In this document: piece by piece, positions 50,500 through 59,310 of the stretch
How the letters are laid out: each line of letters starts with the position of its first letter
Position numbering within the stretch: the stretch's first letter is position 1
The notes under the pieces: generated by a model
The model's input: the letters and a program-made list of their open reading frames with translations, nothing else
The model's database searches: none
Told to the model about the DNA's origin: nothing
Made by a program: the position numbers and the translations under genes
Assembly (NCBI GenBank): GCA_965248265.1
Contig: CBDFJF010000002.1
Span: 3,264,001 to 3,328,000 of the forward strand
Source of the DNA: Candidatus Latescibacterota bacterium
GTDB taxonomy: Bacteria > Latescibacterota > UBA2968 > UBA8231
DNA length: 64,000 bases
Direction: 5' to 3'

Positions 50500-51216
50500 A
50501 TGCCTTTAGACAGCGAAACACGGGACAAAATGCCAGTAGTAACTGTCGCCCGACAGATGGGAAGCGGGGGAGATAACATAGCCCGCAAGGTAGCCGATAG
50601 ACTCGGGTACGTGTTTGTCGATCGTTCCCTGATAGAGGAGATCGCCAGTATTACCGACACCACGGTAGAGGAGGTCGAGAAGTACGATGAGAAGGGCGAA
50701 GGGCGGGTGAAGCACTTCCTCAAGCGGCTTCTGGTTCCAGAGATGAGTCCGGGCGGCTTCCCACTTTCTTCAGCTGCCTATTTTCCTGAGTTCGGACTGG
50801 AATTCCCGTACATGCTGGAAACCTCGGGAGATGACGCAACCTACCTCGATCGTGGTGCGTATCAACTATTGATCACGACACTGGTGCAGGAGTACGGAGA
50901 TACCGGCAATTCCGTAATCGTCGGCAGGGCTAGTCAAATGATTCTCGCCAACCGCGAGGACGTCGTCCACGTACGGATTCTTGCCCCGCTCGAATATCGC
51001 TGCGAGCAGGTGATGCGGAGCATGGAGGTTGATGCCGACACCGCTCTCGAGCTGGTGCAGCAGCATGATCGCTGGCGCGAACTGTACCTGAAAAACTACC
51101 ACAACGCCGACTGGAACGACCTGTTACTTTACCATTTTTCCATCAATAGCGGCCTGGTCGAGATCGATGAGGCGGTCGAGATGATTGTCCATTACGCCAA
51201 TTCGACAGACGGGTAG
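50500..51216 (+). CDS. Cytidylate kinase-like family protein
   Basis: VVTVARQMGSGG..IA..VA..LG, VIVGRA, HVRILAP...R, D..R..Y, YH..INS. Confidence 0.85.
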   Translation: MPLDSETRDKMPVVTVARQMGSGGDNIARKVADRLGYVFVDRSLIEEIASITDTTVEEVEKYDEKGEGRVKHFLKRLLVPEMSPGGFPLSSAAYFPEFGLEFPYMLETSGDDATYLDRGAYQLLITTLVQEYGDTGNSVIVGRASQMILANREDVVHVRILAPLEYRCEQVMRSMEVDADTALELVQQHDRWRELYLKNYHNADWNDLLLYHFSINSGLVEIDEAVEMIVHYANSTDG

Positions 51217-51262
51217 GTCGTACCGCGCCTGCGCGCCTGGTGGGAGGCTGAAAAATCTTGCT

Positions 51263-51291
51263 TTGCCACTGCCTCTGATGTATGTTACGAT
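51263..51291 (+). promoter_or_regulatory. Sigma70-like promoter (extended -10)
   Basis: TTGCCA-N17-TACGAT with a TG extension. Confidence 0.5.
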
Positions 51292-51385
51292 CATTATAGG
51301 GTTTGGGATGTGATTTCGGGTGAGGTTACCCGGTTTCGCCCAAGCACGGTGCAAGTTTCCAGACAGCTTTCAGGAGTTCGTTTCC

Positions 51386-52327
51386 ATGCCAATCAAGAGC
51401 TTATTCTCCATTTCCGCGATCCTCGCACTGACGGCTGTATCCGCGGATGCGGTAGTGAACATCCAGAATATCGGTTCGGGTGCTCGCGCGTCGTCGCTGG
51501 GCAATGCCTTCGTGGCGGTGGCGGACAACGCCGACGCCGTCTTCGCCAACCCGGCGGGCTTGAATCAGCTCAAGGGTGCGCAGTTGGCCTACACCAACGT
51601 GTCCCTGCTGTTCTCGGGCATTGACGGAGATAATCTGGGCCAGCACGTGGTCAGTTACGCGCGTCCCGGCAAGATGAGCTTAGGCCTGGGTTACGAGCGC
51701 ATCGGCAGTGATTTGCTGAGCGAGAACGGCGCCTTTCTGTCCCTGGGGTTCAAGTTCAGCTCGAAGCTGAGCGTGGGGCTGACCGCCAAGTACGTGTTCT
51801 GGAGTGTCGGTGACATTCCCAACGACGCGGTGACGGGTGCGCCGGATCCGCTTTCGAACCAGAGCCAGGGTGCCATCGGTGCTGACATCGGCCTGCTGTG
51901 GAAGGCCCCGATTCGCGATGCGCGCGTCGGTCTGTTGCTGAAGAACGCCCTGCAGCCGAACGTGGCCAAGGGGAGTGTGAAAAACACCGATGGCTCGGAT
52001 GCCGGCGATGTGCCGATGGACCTGCATATCGGCGTGTCGACGAGTGTGGCCGAAGCCTCCATGGTGAGCGTGCAGTGGGTGATGCGTGATCTGAGCGGTG
52101 AAGAGGTGGACAAGCGGCTGGTGGTGGGTGGCGAGACCAAGGTGGCTGAAGGTTTCATGCTGCGCGCCGGAGGCAGCAAGATCTTCGAAGACGAAGCCAG
52201 CGGTGACGTCAACGCCGGCCTCGGTTACAAGTGGAACAAGACGCAGTTCGATTACGGATATCACATTCCGATGGATCTCACTGAGACCAACGGTTCGCAC
52301 CGCTTCTCATTGGGGTACGTGTTCTAG
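51386..52327 (+). CDS. PorV/PorQ (T9SS-associated) family outer-membrane beta-barrel
   Basis: Signal peptide, GARASSLGNAFVAVADNADAVFANPAGL, C-terminal HRFSLGYVF; AGGAG RBS. Confidence 0.8.
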   Translation: MPIKSLFSISAILALTAVSADAVVNIQNIGSGARASSLGNAFVAVADNADAVFANPAGLNQLKGAQLAYTNVSLLFSGIDGDNLGQHVVSYARPGKMSLGLGYERIGSDLLSENGAFLSLGFKFSSKLSVGLTAKYVFWSVGDIPNDAVTGAPDPLSNQSQGAIGADIGLLWKAPIRDARVGLLLKNALQPNVAKGSVKNTDGSDAGDVPMDLHIGVSTSVAEASMVSVQWVMRDLSGEEVDKRLVVGGETKVAEGFMLRAGGSKIFEDEASGDVNAGLGYKWNKTQFDYGYHIPMDLTETNGSHRFSLGYVF

Positions 52328-52370
52328 AGCGCGCCGGTTCGCGGCAGGGTCTTGTCGCGCACGATATATC

Positions 52371-52412
52371 GAAAAGGCTGCTCCATTTTCGGAGTGGCCT
52401 TTTCCTTTTTTT
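52371..52412 (+). terminator. Intrinsic terminator
   Basis: GAAAAGGCTGCTCC...GGAGTGGCCTTTTCCTTTTTT. Confidence 0.7.
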
Positions 52413-52447
52413 GGCCCATGGCATCAGAAGTGGAGGGTTCTGGAGAA

Positions 52448-53785
52448 ATGGATAAAGAGGATCTCAAGAAGAAGGTCTGTGCCCGCATAGACCAGAGCCG
52501 TGAGCAGATCGTCGGTGTCGGCGAGGCTATCATGGATGAGCCCGAGCTCGGCTTCAAAGAGGACAAGACTGCCGCACGGGTCGGGGCCTTCTTTGGCGAA
52601 CTCGGACTGGAGTATCGAGACGGGCTGGCGTTGACCGGAGTCAAGGCGGTATTACCGGGCTCCAAACCGGGTCCGACTGTGGCCTTGATGGGGGAACTCG
52701 ATGCCCTGGTCCTTCCGGACCACCCACGGGCAGACCGCAGCACAGGTGCCGCCCATGCGTGCGGTCACAATGCACAGATAGCTGGGCTGATGGGGGCGGC
52801 CCTCGGGTTGACCGCCGCTAAGGCAGGCAACGACTTAGCGGGGAACGTCGTCTTTTTCGCTATCCCGGCCGAGGAGTACGTCGAGATCGATTACCGAATC
52901 CAGTTGGTCCAGCAGGGCAAGATGACGTTCCTGGGAGGAAAGCCGGAGCTGATCGAGTTGGGATGCTTCGACGATATCGATATGGCCGTGATGATACACA
53001 CTTCCAGCTCTGAGCTGGCAGAAGGCCGTGCCGGAGTGGCGTCATCCTCGAACGGATTCGTGGCCAAGAGCATCCGTTTTGTGGGCAAAGCTGCTCACGC
53101 AGGGGTGGCGCCCGAAAAGGGAGTCAATGCATTGCAGGCAGCCAATCTGGCCCTCGTGGCCATCAACGGTCTGCGCGACACCTTCAAAGACGCGGACACG
53201 GTCCGCGTGCATCCGATCATCACCAAGGGAGGAGATCTGGTGAATATCGTGCCGGCCGAAGTCACCATGGAGACCTACGTGCGAGCACGGACACCGGATG
53301 CCGTGTTGGATGCCGCGTCCAAGGTCGATCGCGCAGTCAAGGGGGCTGCCGTGGCGCTGGGTTGTACTGTTGAAATACAGACCGTCCCGGGGTACATGCC
53401 ACTGGTCAACGACAAGAATCTGAGTCTTCTATTCAAAGACAACTCAGAGCAGTTGATGGGAAAGGGAGAGTTCCGCGAATACCCTCACGGCAGCGGCTCG
53501 ACCGATGCCGGCGATCTGAGTCAGATCATGCCGGTCCTGCACCCATACATGGCCGGAGCCAGCGGTAACGCCCACAGCACGGAATGGCACATCGCCAATC
53601 CAGACAACGGCTACGTCGCTCCGGCCAAGGCACTGGCGATGATGGCCATCGATCTGCTCCACGGCGAGGCCGAGGGTGCCGAACGAGTCCGAAGTGAATT
53701 CACTCCATCGATGACGAAGGCAGACTACCTGGACTGCCAGAAGCAGCTGTTCCAGCGAGTCGTCTTCGACGGAACTCAGGTATAA
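52448..53785 (+). CDS. M20 family amidohydrolase
   Basis: EPELGFKE, GELDAL, HACGHNAQ, PAEE, GKAAHAG, GSTD, H; start set at ATG 52448. Confidence 0.88.
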   Translation: MDKEDLKKKVCARIDQSREQIVGVGEAIMDEPELGFKEDKTAARVGAFFGELGLEYRDGLALTGVKAVLPGSKPGPTVALMGELDALVLPDHPRADRSTGAAHACGHNAQIAGLMGAALGLTAAKAGNDLAGNVVFFAIPAEEYVEIDYRIQLVQQGKMTFLGGKPELIELGCFDDIDMAVMIHTSSSELAEGRAGVASSSNGFVAKSIRFVGKAAHAGVAPEKGVNALQAANLALVAINGLRDTFKDADTVRVHPIITKGGDLVNIVPAEVTMETYVRARTPDAVLDAASKVDRAVKGAAVALGCTVEIQTVPGYMPLVNDKNLSLLFKDNSEQLMGKGEFREYPHGSGSTDAGDLSQIMPVLHPYMAGASGNAHSTEWHIANPDNGYVAPAKALAMMAIDLLHGEAEGAERVRSEFTPSMTKADYLDCQKQLFQRVVFDGTQV

Positions 53786-53835
53786 AAAAAAGGGTTCAGC
53801 CCTGTAACCAACTAAACACAGGACCGAACCCTTTT
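53784..53835. terminator. Bidirectional intrinsic terminator
   Basis: AAAAAAAAGGGTTC...CCTGT...ACAGG...GAACCCTTTT between convergent genes. Confidence 0.7.
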
Positions 53836-53853
53836 CCTTCCCATGACTGAATG

Positions 53854-55263
53854 TTAGTGGAAGACCACCAATTTCAGCTCCGTCATCTCCTCGACGGCGT
53901 ACTTGGGTCCTTCCTTACCCATGCCGCTGTCCTTGACCCCGCCGTAAGGCATGATGTCGGCGCGCCACTGGGTGCCCCAGTTTACGTGTACGTTCCCGGT
54001 ATGAACCTGACGCGCGAACTTCAGCGCCCAGTCGATATCCTGCGTGAAGATCCCGGCACTCAAGCCGTAGTTGGAGTCGTTGGCCATGGCGATGGCAGCG
54101 TCTATGTCATCGAACCGGGTCAGCCCAACTGCTGGTCCAAACACTTCCTCCCTGGACATGCGCATGTCGGGATCGACGTCGGCGACGATGGTAGGCTCGT
54201 GCATGGTGCCGACGCGATCTCCACCGGTGACCAGGCGCGCTCCACCGTCGACGGCTTCGTGGATCCACTCATGGACACGGGCAGCATCGGACTCGCGGAT
54301 CATCGGTCCCATCTTGACTGACTGCTCCAGTGGGTCGCCGGTGTTCAGGGCCTCGATCTTCGGTTTCAACACATCGATGAAGTCCTCATAGACCTCGCCG
54401 TCGACGAGCACGCGCTGGGCGGAAATGCAGACCTGGCCTGCATTGTTGAAGCCGCTGTTTGTCGTTGCTATGGCGACCTTCTCCAGATCGGCATCGGGCA
54501 TCACGATCAACGGCGCGTTGGAACCCAGTTCCATCGTGACTTTTTTCAAGCCCCCTGTTTTGCAGATCTGCTCACCCACGTCCCGGCTGCCGGTGAAGGA
54601 TATCTTGCGCACGCGCGAATCTGCCGATAGGACATCGCCGATGACGGCACCCGAGCCGGTGATACATTGAATTGCTTCGGGAGGCACGCCGGCCTCGAGC
54701 ATGATCTCCGTCACCTTCATCGCCGACAGCGGTGTATCGGTCGCCGGTTTGATGACCACGGAGTTTCCGGCGGCGAGCGCCGGACCCACCTTGTGGCAGA
54801 CCAGGTTCAAGGGGAAGTTGAATGGGGTAATGGCCAACACCACGCCACAGGGAATCCTCAGTGTAAAACCGAACTTGCCGGCCCCGTTCGAGGACCCATC
54901 CAACGGCAGGGTTTCCCCGGTAAGCCGCTTGGCTTCCTCGGCGGAGAGCGTTATCGTTTCCAGGGCGCGCGCTGCTTCCATCACGCCCTCGCCGATCGTC
55001 TTACCTTCTTCAAGCGTGACGATACGGCCCAGTTCCTCCTGACGCTCCGCGATCAAATCAGCTGCCCGGTGTAAAATTTGGTAGCGCTCAAACGCCGGCG
55101 TGGCCGCCATGATTTCGGCGCCGCGTACGGCGGTGGCCAGAGCCCGGTCGACGTCTTCCGCGCTGGCCTTGGGAACCGTGTCAACGACCGAACCATCGAA
55201 CGGATTCAAGACCTCAATCTTTTCGTCCCTGTCCTCCCAGTTACCACAGATGTGCATTTTCAT
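53854..55263 (-). CDS. Aldehyde dehydrogenase family protein
   Basis: ITPFNFP, KPA, FTGS, MELGSN, GQVCIS, EEVFGP, PYGGVKDSGMGKEG. Confidence 0.93.
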   Translation of the reverse strand: MKMHICGNWEDRDEKIEVLNPFDGSVVDTVPKASAEDVDRALATAVRGAEIMAATPAFERYQILHRAADLIAERQEELGRIVTLEEGKTIGEGVMEAARALETITLSAEEAKRLTGETLPLDGSSNGAGKFGFTLRIPCGVVLAITPFNFPLNLVCHKVGPALAAGNSVVIKPATDTPLSAMKVTEIMLEAGVPPEAIQCITGSGAVIGDVLSADSRVRKISFTGSRDVGEQICKTGGLKKVTMELGSNAPLIVMPDADLEKVAIATTNSGFNNAGQVCISAQRVLVDGEVYEDFIDVLKPKIEALNTGDPLEQSVKMGPMIRESDAARVHEWIHEAVDGGARLVTGGDRVGTMHEPTIVADVDPDMRMSREEVFGPAVGLTRFDDIDAAIAMANDSNYGLSAGIFTQDIDWALKFARQVHTGNVHVNWGTQWRADIMPYGGVKDSGMGKEGPKYAVEEMTELKLVVFH

Positions 55264-55386
55264 CGTGACTATCCTCGGTTTTTTTCGTTGTCCAATGCTG
55301 TCGTTGTTATGCCGATTCCGATGGCTCAATCCGATTTGAAATAATCCACGTCCGACCTCAGGGTGTCAAGCCGCTGTGGCTGCCAG

Positions 55387-55860
55387 CTAGAAGTCAATGA
55401 TTCGGGCTTCGAGTGTGTTCTGCGCTGCTGTTATCAGGCTCACCGAACGAGGATTGCTGAAACGCTGACGGCCGGCGCTTGCTGGATTGAGGTACAAAAC
55501 ACGGTCTCTGCGCTCGTGGCACTGTTGGTGGCTGTGACCGAAGATGACCACATCAGGGGCGGGATCTGGCAGGTTCGTGGCCTGGCCATCCTCGGGCAAA
55601 TCCAGAATGTGTGTCATGAACAGGGTGAATCCGGCGGCCACGACCTGAATGGATTCAGGAAGTGAGGCACAGGCGTCCGCCACATCGACGTTGCCCCGGA
55701 CGGCAACGACGGGCGCCACCAGCGACAGGTTCTCAAGGATTTGAGGACCGCCGACATCGCCAGCGTGAAGAATCAAATCCACCCCCGAAAAGAGTTCAGG
55801 GACGTGCTTGTCAAAGAAGCCATGGGTGTCACTGATTACGCCGATGAGCATGGTGGTCAT
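55387..55860 (-). CDS. YfcE-family metallophosphoesterase
   Basis: ISDTH, HAGD, VRGN.D, FGHSH, LNP.S. Confidence 0.9.
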   Translation of the reverse strand: MTTMLIGVISDTHGFFDKHVPELFSGVDLILHAGDVGGPQILENLSLVAPVVAVRGNVDVADACASLPESIQVVAAGFTLFMTHILDLPEDGQATNLPDPAPDVVIFGHSHQQCHERRDRVLYLNPASAGRQRFSNPRSVSLITAAQNTLEARIIDF

Positions 55861-57308
55861 AGTCCGAGTCGGTTCGTCAGCTGGATGGGCTTACCGCTTG
55901 CATCCGTAAGTGGCCGGGGAGGGTCTCGGCGGCCGGTAGCAAGGCTGACACCAATCAATGCTGCCGCCGCGAAGGGTACTGCGACGAGATCACCGGGAAG
56001 TTCCGGTGCAACTGCAAGGCACAATAGCCAGGTGATCAGGCCGACGACGACAGCTGCGAAGGCTCCTGATGCATTGGACCTCGACCACCACAATCCCCCC
56101 GTCAGCGGTACGAACAGGGTGGCCAGCAGTACCGACCATGAGTCGACCATCAGATCGTACACGGCGGGTTGCCGGAGCGCGAGAATCAAGGCGACGGCCC
56201 CGAGTGCGAAAACGGCAAGGCGAGACACCTTGAGAGCTGTGGCCTCGGACGGCGCGGGAAAGAAGTGTCGGTAGATATCCCACCCGAGGACGCTTGCCGG
56301 CGCCAGCAGCGCCGAATCCGCACTGCTGAGAATCGCCGACATCAGTGCACCCGTGAACAGGATGAGCATGGCTACTGGCAGGTATTTCAGTGCCAGCTCC
56401 ATCATCACCATGTCTGGATTGGCCAATTGAGGCAGAACGACGGCCCCGGCCATGCCTAATAGGACAGGTAAGAAACCTACTGTAACATAAAGCAGACCAG
56501 CCAAATAGGCGCTTTTGTATGCGACTTTTTCGTCGCGTCCGGAAAGACTTCGCTGGATCAAATCCTGACCTGCCAGGTTGCCCAGACCGATAACCAGCCA
56601 ATCGCGCGCGTAGCCGAACCAGGCTCCGGCACCTCCACTAGGGATCAAGTCGAAGCGCTCCTGAGGAATACGAGCGGCAATGGATGTCCAGCCCCCGGCA
56701 TCCACCAGCAGGATGGGTGCGATAACGACCATTCCACAAACCAGGACGATAACCTGGATAGCGTCCGTCAACGTCACCGCCCACATGCCGCCGGCGATCG
56801 TGTACAGGATGACGACGGCAGCACCAACGCAGATGGCGGTGACCGCATCAATGCCCGTCAGCGACTGCAGGATACGACCGAAGGCCACCATCAGGCTTGC
56901 CACCCATCCCACGTAAGCCGGTATCGTGCACAGGCTGGCAACCAATCCGGCCCGCGAATCGAAGCGGCTGGTAAAAAATGACGCAATCGTCATCAGTCCC
57001 ATGCGGCGCAAGAGGCGGACATAGAACAGGCCAGCCAGGAATAGACAGAGGGCTGCGCCAAAGGGGTCAGCGATGACGGCGAGCAACCCGCCTCCATAGG
57101 CAGCGCTGGCGGCACCGATGCACAGCCCACCGCCGAACCAGGTAGCTGCTAGCGTGCCCGTGCAAAGCCACAGCGAGAGTCGGCGGCCGGCGACAATGAA
57201 GTCAGCTGATCCTTTTACTCGCCGACTGGCAATCAGTCCAATGGCCAGCGTGATGGCCAGGTAGATTCCGAGCCCTGTCCAGAGCAGGTACTGATTCTCA
57301 ACTGCCAT
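55857..57308 (-). CDS. Sodium:solute symporter (choline transporter-like subfamily)
   Basis: DFIVAGRRL, ATWFGGG, YT..GGMWAV..TD.IQ, QD..QR, SAILSSADS. Confidence 0.9.
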   Translation of the reverse strand: MAVENQYLLWTGLGIYLAITLAIGLIASRRVKGSADFIVAGRRLSLWLCTGTLAATWFGGGLCIGAASAAYGGGLLAVIADPFGAALCLFLAGLFYVRLLRRMGLMTIASFFTSRFDSRAGLVASLCTIPAYVGWVASLMVAFGRILQSLTGIDAVTAICVGAAVVILYTIAGGMWAVTLTDAIQVIVLVCGMVVIAPILLVDAGGWTSIAARIPQERFDLIPSGGAGAWFGYARDWLVIGLGNLAGQDLIQRSLSGRDEKVAYKSAYLAGLLYVTVGFLPVLLGMAGAVVLPQLANPDMVMMELALKYLPVAMLILFTGALMSAILSSADSALLAPASVLGWDIYRHFFPAPSEATALKVSRLAVFALGAVALILALRQPAVYDLMVDSWSVLLATLFVPLTGGLWWSRSNASGAFAAVVVGLITWLLCLAVAPELPGDLVAVPFAAAALIGVSLATGRRDPPRPLTDASGKPIQLTNRLGL

Positions 57309-57624
57309 GTGTCATCGACCTCCGCTCTCATCGGAGTTTGAGAGATACCGTTTGGTTTGCACTTGCGTGAGCCCGCTAGCAGGCGAGGCAGGCGCAAATC
57401 TGGGGTCCGTGGACTGCGGGTGTCAATCTTTTTTGCCGCCGCCTCGCCGGTGAGTGCATCCCAAATTACCTTCTCATGAGAAGGACGGTCAGGACAAGGA
57501 GGCCATAGCTCGATGATCGCGAAGATTGTTGGCAGCGCCCTGCTGGTTTTTCCGGTCCTCAAAAGATCCTGATTTTGGCGATCGCGCTCATGCTGTTGTA
57601 CGAGGGTTTACGAGTCCTCAGGAG

Positions 57625-57957
57625 ATGAAAGAGCACCCGATGGAACGAATGTTCACCGTAGAGACCACCCTCGCCGGAGGGCTGGCGGAATTGTATGCGC
57701 GGGTTCTGGAGGAGTTTGAGACGCGCAGTGAAATCCCCCTCTCTGAGGTTAATCGGACCTTGTTGCAGACTGGGGTCATTCAGCATCTGCTTATGATGCG
57801 AGGGTTGGGATTAATGAATGATGAAAAATCGGCATCTCTAGACAGCTTGATCGAAGAGGTCGCCGGCGACACCATCATGTGGGATCTCATCAAGGTGGCT
57901 GAGCGATTCTGGGAGCAGGCTCAGGGCGGGGGCGGAAGCGTCAATCTCCAGGCTTGA
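57625..57957 (+). CDS. Hypothetical helical protein (~110 aa)
   Basis: AGGAG upstream; start at 57625 or 57640. Confidence 0.65.
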   Translation: MKEHPMERMFTVETTLAGGLAELYARVLEEFETRSEIPLSEVNRTLLQTGVIQHLLMMRGLGLMNDEKSASLDSLIEEVAGDTIMWDLIKVAERFWEQAQGGGGSVNLQA

Positions 57958-58056
57958 TCCAATCCCGCTCTCGAGGCGTGCGTTGGGGAGAGCCGGGTCT
58001 TCGACATCTGTGCTAACAGCTTGTTTATAATGCTCTTTAGACGGATTATTGTACGG

Positions 58057-58085
58057 TTGACACCAGGCAAGAGCAAAGGTATATT
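58057..58085 (+). promoter_or_regulatory. Sigma70 promoter for iscU-sodA
   Basis: TTGACA-N17-TATATT. Confidence 0.65.
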
Positions 58086-58156
58086 CCAGTCGCCAACCAG
58101 AGGATCTGCCACGCCCACCTTGGTGCAAGGCGATCGTCTATTTCGGAGATTATCCC

Positions 58157-58531
58157 CTGAGTCTGTACAACGATACGGTCCTGGATCACTATCAGAATCC
58201 GCGAAATGTCGGTGCCCTGGAGGACGCGGATGCTGTCGGCATAGCGGAAAATTCCGCGTGTGGGGATGTCCTGCATCTATACCTGCAGATCCGAGATGGT
58301 CACGTTGCGGCGGCGAGCTTCAAAACCTTCGGATGTGCCGCGGCGATCGCTGCCGGGTCGATACTGACAGAACTGGTGAAGGGATGCTCGATTGAAGAGA
58401 TCTGCAAATACACCAAACAAGATGTCGTGGACGCCCTGGGAGGCCTGCCACCCATGAAGATCCATTGTTCAGTCTTGGCCGAAGATGCCATAAAGGCAGC
58501 GGTAGAAGACCTAAATTTACGTTCACGTTAA
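58157..58531 (+). CDS. iscU: Fe-S cluster scaffold IscU/NifU-N (CTG start; absent from ORF track)
   Basis: Hand translation: (L/M)SLYNDTVLDHYQNPRNVG...ACGDVL...FKTFGCAAAIAAGS...ALGGLPPMKIHCSVLAEDAIKAAV; GGAG 8 nt before CTG. Confidence 0.93.
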   Translation: MSLYNDTVLDHYQNPRNVGALEDADAVGIAENSACGDVLHLYLQIRDGHVAAASFKTFGCAAAIAAGSILTELVKGCSIEEICKYTKQDVVDALGGLPPMKIHCSVLAEDAIKAAVEDLNLRSR

Positions 58532-58561
58532 CCCATGTTCCATTGAAAGGACGATTCCACC

Positions 58562-59194
58562 ATGTCGTACTCTCTGCCTGATTTACCCTACGGTTACGAT
58601 GCGCTCGAGCCACATATCGATGCTCGTACCATGGAGATCCACCACAGCAAGCATCACAACACCTACATCACCAACGTCAACGGGGCCCTCGAAGGAACCG
58701 ATCTTGCCTCGAAAAGCGTGGAAGACCTCGTCTCCGATCTCGACAGCGTTGACGCGGCCAAGAGAAACGCCGTGCGCAACAATGGCGGTGGTCACGCGAA
58801 CCACAGCCTGTTCTGGACCGTGATGGGTCCGGGCGCTGGAGGCAAACCGGGTGGTGCCCTCGGCAGTGCCATCGACGCCGATTTGGGTGGTTACGACAGT
58901 TTCGTAGAAGCCTTTACCGCCGCGGGCACGACCCGTTTCGGATCGGGTTGGGCCTGGCTTGTGGTCAAGGGTGGCAAACTCGTCGTGGGCAGTACGCCAA
59001 ATCAGGACAATCCGATCATGGGACCGGCTTACGCCGGCGATGAGATCGGTGGGGGAACTCCGGTACTCGGTCTTGATGTATGGGAACACGCCTACTACTT
59101 GAACTACCAGAATCGCCGGCCGGATTATATCGCCGCTTTCTTCAACGTCATCAACTGGGATGCCGTCGCCGCACGCTACGAGGCTGCCAAGTAG
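58562..59194 (+). CDS. sodA: Mn/Fe superoxide dismutase
   Basis: [51 protein letters not shown]. Confidence 0.95.
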   Translation: MSYSLPDLPYGYDALEPHIDARTMEIHHSKHHNTYITNVNGALEGTDLASKSVEDLVSDLDSVDAAKRNAVRNNGGGHANHSLFWTVMGPGAGGKPGGALGSAIDADLGGYDSFVEAFTAAGTTRFGSGWAWLVVKGGKLVVGSTPNQDNPIMGPAYAGDEIGGGTPVLGLDVWEHAYYLNYQNRRPDYIAAFFNVINWDAVAARYEAAK

Positions 59195-59310
59195 CCGACA
59201 ACCCACGTTCACGAGTCAGGGGTGGGGCAATCTCACAACGGTAGGGATTGGCCCCAACCTCGGACTTGCGTCCGACTTTTCGCCGTAGCGGGTCCAACCG
59301 CTTCCCGATT

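Noticed and set aside
57309-57624. Riboswitch upstream of the sodium:solute symporter
   Set aside because: Only small hairpins (CTCCG...CGGAG over the RBS, CCTTCTCATGAGAAGG); I recognised no aptamer consensus. An Rfam scan would settle it.
58021-58613. ORF-track calls between the hypothetical gene and sodA
   Set aside because: All are off-frame or antisense to the real iscU at 58157-58531.
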